Source: Pseudogymnoascus verrucosus (Eukaryota). From it: DNA of 25,134 nt. The position numbers were made by a program, and so were the translations under genes. The stretch lies in assembly GCA_001662655.1 (NCBI GenBank), contig KV460226.1. One strand, 5' to 3'. This document shows, piece by piece, positions 21,234 to 25,134 of the stretch (its first letter is position 1; the number at the start of each line of letters is the position of its first letter). Under the pieces are notes generated by a model that saw only the letters and a list, made by a program, of their open reading frames with translations, was not told the origin of the DNA and ran no database searches.

Positions 21234-22223
21234 TCACTCAAGTGAAACATATTTCAGTGAAACATCCCACAGTTCCCTTGCGCCGGCCACATCGAAGGCA
21301 TGCTGGCCGTAACCTGGAGCCCACATCCCCCCTGCGGGATCATGCGGAGTTGATATCTGGCAGTTTTCCAGGTACTTTCCCCCTTGACCATTAAGATCCT
21401 TCGATACAGCCGCCCACACACTAGTAGCAGCGCCCTGAGCTGGGTTCATGTAGCTGGCCATAAGTTTTGGGTCCTGGGTTATGGCTTTGATCTCTTCCTC
21501 TGACATGTGTTGGCCTAGGTTGGTTGTAACGGCCCCCGGATGAACGCTGAAGGCGTGGAGTCGGTTAGACCCATAGCGCCTCTCGATCTCGTTTGCAGTC
21601 CACAGATTTGCTGTTTTGCTCTGCCCATATGCCTTCATTGCGTCAAACTCGCCGTCGAAATTGATATTCTTGAAATTGACGGAAGAAAACTTATGCCCAG
21701 TTGAGGACAGAACAATTACTCTTGATTCGAACGACGGGGTGGACGCCTTCAGTAGAGCCGGTGTGAGGAGATTGATGAGGAGAAAATGTGACAGGTGATT
21801 AACTCCAAATTGAAGCTCGAACCCGTCCTTCGTGAGTTCTTTGCGGGTCATCATGACTCCTGCGTTTGCAATCAAGAGATGCAATCGGTCATTCTCTGCA
21901 AGTAGTGCCGAAGCACAAGCCCGAACGCTATCCAGAGACTCCTGGTCAAGCTGCAGAAGATGGACATTGGGAGACTCTGAAAGCTCTCCGAGGGCTTTCT
22001 TTGCCTTTTCGAGGCTTCGTGCTGTTAGGTACATTTTTGCCCCAGTCTTGGACAACGCCTTTGCTGTCTCGACTCCGATGCCCGAAGAACAACCTGTTAT
22101 TAAGATCACCTTGTCCGCCCACTTTCCAACCAGACCTTCGTCTTGGATAATCTGTTCGGCTGTTGGGCGTGCATCCCCGGGGCCTTTCGGGTGTTCGTAA
22201 GCTGCAGCGTATCGAGAACTCAT
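21234..22223 (-). CDS. Short-chain dehydrogenase/reductase, retinol dehydrogenase/WWOX-like subgroup, intronless
   Basis: GPGDARPTAEQII N-terminus, TGCSSGIG, ANAGVM, FGVNHLSHFLL, catalytic YGQSK, SVHPG. Confidence 0.95.
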   Translation of the reverse strand: MSSRYAAAYEHPKGPGDARPTAEQIIQDEGLVGKWADKVILITGCSSGIGVETAKALSKTGAKMYLTARSLEKAKKALGELSESPNVHLLQLDQESLDSVRACASALLAENDRLHLLIANAGVMMTRKELTKDGFELQFGVNHLSHFLLINLLTPALLKASTPSFESRVIVLSSTGHKFSSVNFKNINFDGEFDAMKAYGQSKTANLWTANEIERRYGSNRLHAFSVHPGAVTTNLGQHMSEEEIKAITQDPKLMASYMNPAQGAATSVWAAVSKDLNGQGGKYLENCQISTPHDPAGGMWAPGYGQHAFDVAGARELWDVSLKYVSLE

Positions 22224-22664
22224 GATGAGGTGCAAGCGTAGTAACGTATGTAGAATTGCTAACGAAATAAAGAAGTCTTTTGTGCTTCACGAGGAACAGA
22301 CGGGAGTTACGTCTCTATATATACGAAGCGACGCTCGGATTTACGGCGAGGTAGCTCTATCATGCTACTCGCGGTGACCTACGTAAGTTTGCGCTTATAT
22401 GGTTCTCGCGAGTCATGACGACAAAGATTTGAGCGTGAGGATTGCCGCTTGACTCTCATACGTTGTTCAGTAGCTCAGTTTAAAGTTACGCTAATGCAGC
22501 TGGGTGACAGCCGCATTATTAGCGCATTCGTGGTTTCTCGGTAGCGGTCTTTCGCCGTGACTATAGGTTGGTGTTAGCCAACACCCGTCCTGCTCCATCC
22601 GGTTCTCTCCTCCTTCATATCGTATCACAATATTCGCGTTTATGAATGCACCCTGCTGTTAGAT

Positions 22665-23601
22665 ATGGAGGTGAATGTTCAGCGCCATATATCGGCCTCG
22701 GTCCCCGCCCACGGTTCCACTTCGCAGCATAACCCACCGCATATTGCATTCCGGATGCTAGATGATTGGACCGGCATCACTGATCCGAAAAGAAGGAAAA
22801 TAGCGCAGAATCGCTTGAATCAGAGAAAGCGCCGTAAGTCCGCCTTTCCCTCGTCAGCATCAATTGACCTTCTATCTAGGTCGCCGCCAGCGCTGTGCTG
22901 TGGACAATGCAGAGAGAGAGGACCGGCTGGCAACGCCACCTATAAGCCTTGTTGGCAACTGCATCAACCACTTTGCATGTCTAAGGGATCTTTACAGGCT
23001 TGGGATTCATTCGGAACAGGCGAAATGGGTCGCCTGTCAGCTGGAACACATATGTTATAGCCACTACCTAGCCGATTCTCCTCGCACGGAGCTTCTCCTC
23101 GGCCTGACGCAAGTAAACCTAATTCGGGCTCTGATGTTCAATATCGATGTCCTAGGGTATACGTCGACCCAGATGCACAACGATGCCTTGTCTCCTTTCT
23201 GCATTGCTGGTCCCTCACGGGTTGGCGATGAATTGGCTTCCCTCCCTCTTAGCTTACAGCCGACTGCTCTCCAGCGCTCGACTCCACACCACCCATGGCT
23301 TGATCTATTCCCAATAACTCAAATGCGCGATAATTTGATTGCCGCTGAGTCTTTTATAGATGAATACGGGCTCTGCGCAGACCTATGTAGCTCAATAGAA
23401 GGGACAGCAGGCATACTAGTCTGGAAAGACCCGTGGGATCCTAGCGGCTGGGAGGTAACGAGCTCATTTGCGTCTGTATGGGGCCTGGCAATCAAGGATT
23501 GTTGGGATTTGTTTCGGTCTACGAACTATTGGCGCCTAAAACGGGGAGGAAAGCCGTTGTTTTGTATCCCATCGGTTGTATATACGCCGAGGCAGACATA
23601 G
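22665..23601 (+). CDS. bZIP-like basic region + DUF3425 fungal regulator (exons 22665-22833, 22880-23601)
   Basis: DDWTGITDPKRRKIAQNRLNQRKRR; in-phase intron 22834-22879; LPLSLQPTALQRSTPHHPWLDLFP, MRDNLI, LCADL, GILVWKDPWDPSGWEVT, STNYWRLKRG. Confidence 0.92.
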
Positions 23602-23924
23602 GTTACCTCGAATTTCAATATCTGGCCATTCCGCAACGAGCCTCTATGAAATAAGATGCGATTAGGGCGTAGACAGGCGTGAACGCGAACCAAAATCATC
23701 ATGTAAGTCTCATGGATACGCGTATAAATTATTTGCTATAATCACCTCCTGCGAGTAGTCGACTTTCAGACAAATGCTGACCCCGCCTCCGCCCGAACAG
23801 CGGGAAAAGATAATTACAGTCCTTGCTCTGCTGTTGTGCAAGGGCTCGAGAAGCACCAACAGCATGTGTCAAGGTTGTCGATTGCTCTTTGGTCAAGAGG
23901 TGATGCAATACTAGCTGCAGCCAG

Positions 23925-24068
23925 TTTGTACGGACTTAACGGACTTTAAGGGGAATGCCCATCCTGTATGCTCTTGTGAGTAACTCTCACCCTTAACGTT
24001 AGGTGAAAGTTACTCACAAGAGCATACAGGATGAGCATTCCCCTTAAAGTCCGTTAAGTCCGTACAAA
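23925..24068. repeat. 144-bp near-perfect palindrome (67-bp arms, 10-nt spacer); foldback/MITE-like
   Basis: Arms 23925-23991 and 24002-24068 are reverse complements with 2 mismatches (23959, 23986). Confidence 0.95.
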
Positions 24069-24199
24069 GTCAACAATATAGGCAATATTTACAATCAATC
24101 GTTGGGGAGCAGGGTGGACCGTCCTTATGTGGGGTCGTTTTGTCCTGCGGAGCCAATTCTGCAAAGAAACATCATCACCTTTATTCACTATCCTCTACA

Positions 24200-24345
24200 A
24201 TGAGTCTTCCGAGCTTTTAGAGCCAATCTAAGATAAGAGAACAGTTATGGTAAACGGCGGCAATGGCGGTATAGGCTACGCATTGCCTGAGGTTTTATCA
24301 CTGCGAACGCAAAGAGGGTTATTGTCATCAGAGGAAGGACAAGGA
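24200..24345 (+). pseudogene. 5' fragment of a second SDR gene (dead)
   Basis: ATG AGT CTT CCG AGC TTT (MSLPSF), then across frameshifts DKRTVMVNGGNGGIGYA / IA*GFITANAKRVIVI: Rossmann GxxxGxG motif with stops; nothing further recognisable. Confidence 0.65.
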
Positions 24346-24540
24346 CATTAATGAGTAGGAGTTGGCGGTTGGTTCGGAAGCAAGATACTGGCCTAGAAAA
24401 CCAAGTTTACTAGCTCAATAGCAGTCCAGAGTAGCCTTATATTATAACACCTGGCCTGCTGTTGCCTGTCTGGAATATACCAGCGCTTTCATATTGCTAG
24501 AGCTTTACTTGCCACGTGCTAACGGACCCGCTGAATGTAT

Positions 24541-24624
24541 TAGTCTACGGACTTACCATTAACCTGCGGACTTACTACTAGTCTACAGACTTACTAGTAA
24601 TCTGCGGACTTACTATTAGTTTAC
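24541..24624. repeat. 19-bp minisatellite, ~4.4 copies
   Basis: tagtctacggacttaccat / taacctgcggacttactac / tagtctacagacttactag / taatctgcggacttactat / tagtttac. Confidence 0.85.
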
Positions 24625-24841
24625 TCTTGGACTGCGTTTCTTTAGAATATCTATGGCCATCTAAAGTCGCAGTGCATCGCGTTCATTACATCTTAATACA
24701 AGACCCACTTCGTACGTGTTGACGTGGCTGCTATTAGGTAGCTAAGGGGGACAACCGGATTATCGTGAGGCATTAAAAACTTAAGGGCGGCGACGCTCAC
24801 CTACTAGTCTAAATGGCACTGTCCTGAGTATTAAACCGCTT

Positions 24842-24906
24842 CAAGCTTGAGATCAGTGGATTAGTAGTTGGGTGGGTGACCACCAGCAAATACCCACTGT
24901 TGTTGT
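24842..24906 (+). pseudogene. 5S rRNA gene, 3' half (nt ~54-118)
   Basis: caagcttgagatcagtggattagtagttgggtgggtgaccaccagcaaatacccactgttgttgt contains the 5S box C region TTAGTAGTTGGGTGGGTGACCACCAGC and the 3' strand of the terminal helix. Confidence 0.9.
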
Positions 24907-24925
24907 TTTTTGTTATTTTTTTTTT
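24906..24925 (+). terminator. Pol III oligo-T terminator of the 5S gene
   Basis: T6 then T10 runs immediately after the 5S 3' end. Confidence 0.7.
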
Positions 24926-24969
24926 ACTATTTTTGTCGTTGCGTGATAACAACCTCTTCAATTGGTATA

Positions 24970-25120
24970 ACGTATTTCCCGTACGAGTGGCCCACCCGAA
25001 CGAGTGGCCCACCAAAACACCAAAATTGACTATTACTGCCTACTACTACACCACCACCCTACATAATAACCCTTATTCGATCGTAATTGAATCCTTGGGC
25101 CTCTCGCACGTACGGGAGTT
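24970..25120 (+). mobile_element. Internally deleted Fot1/pogo-like DNA transposon remnant
   Basis: TA|ACGTATTTCCCGTACGAGTGGCCCACCCGAACGAGTGGCCCACC: ACGT terminus after TA with a tandem sub-repeat, as in fungal pogo TIRs; degenerate inverted partner tgggcctctcg...tacggga at 25096-25117; ataacccttattcgatcgtaa resembles a RIP-mutated MxPIRSQ transposase start. Confidence 0.55.
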
Positions 25121-25134
25121 ATGGCCCATAATAC

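Larger units (their letters stand above)
20575..24849. mobile_element. ~4.27 kb cargo-carrying insertion in a 5S rRNA gene; Starship-like, non-autonomous (no captain seen)
   Basis: Flanked by complementary 5S halves; direct repeat CATGCTTG (20567-20574) / CAAGCTTG (24842-24849); TIR AGTGGCTTAATACT (20581-20594) vs AGTATTAAACCGCT (24827-24840), 12/14 inverted match, 6 nt and 1 nt from the DRs. Confidence 0.75.

Noticed and set aside
24541..24624. CRISPR-like array
   Set aside because: Head-to-tail 19-bp units with no unique spacers, in a eukaryotic context with no cas genes.

Overview
Fungal (Pezizomycotina-type) nuclear DNA with short GT-AG introns. Left part: 2.2 kb low-complexity, microsatellite-rich intergenic DNA, two GNAT acetyltransferases, a UDG-superfamily-like gene, a small membrane ORF and a 2H-phosphoesterase (AKAP7/ASCC1-like). 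Middle: a divergent-looking complex I PSST/NDUFS7 gene, a decayed SCS7/FA2H pseudogene and a Zn2Cys6 TF + DHA2 MFS + orphan ORF + alpha/beta-hydrolase group, bracketed by two direct copies of a ~300 bp RIP-mutated repeat. Main finding: one 5S rRNA gene appears split in two (5' half 20514-20574, 3' half 24842-24906) by a ~4.27 kb insertion. The insertion has 8-bp direct repeats (CAWGCTTG) and asymmetrically placed 14-bp terminal inverted repeats, as expected for a 5S-targeting Starship-type tyrosine-recombinase element, but no captain gene is visible. Its cargo is an intact divergent SDR + bZIP/DUF3425 pair, a 144-bp near-perfect hairpin and a dead SDR fragment. Its TIR resembles the 5S sequence next to the insertion point. 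All family assignments are from motif recognition by eye; no database searches were run.
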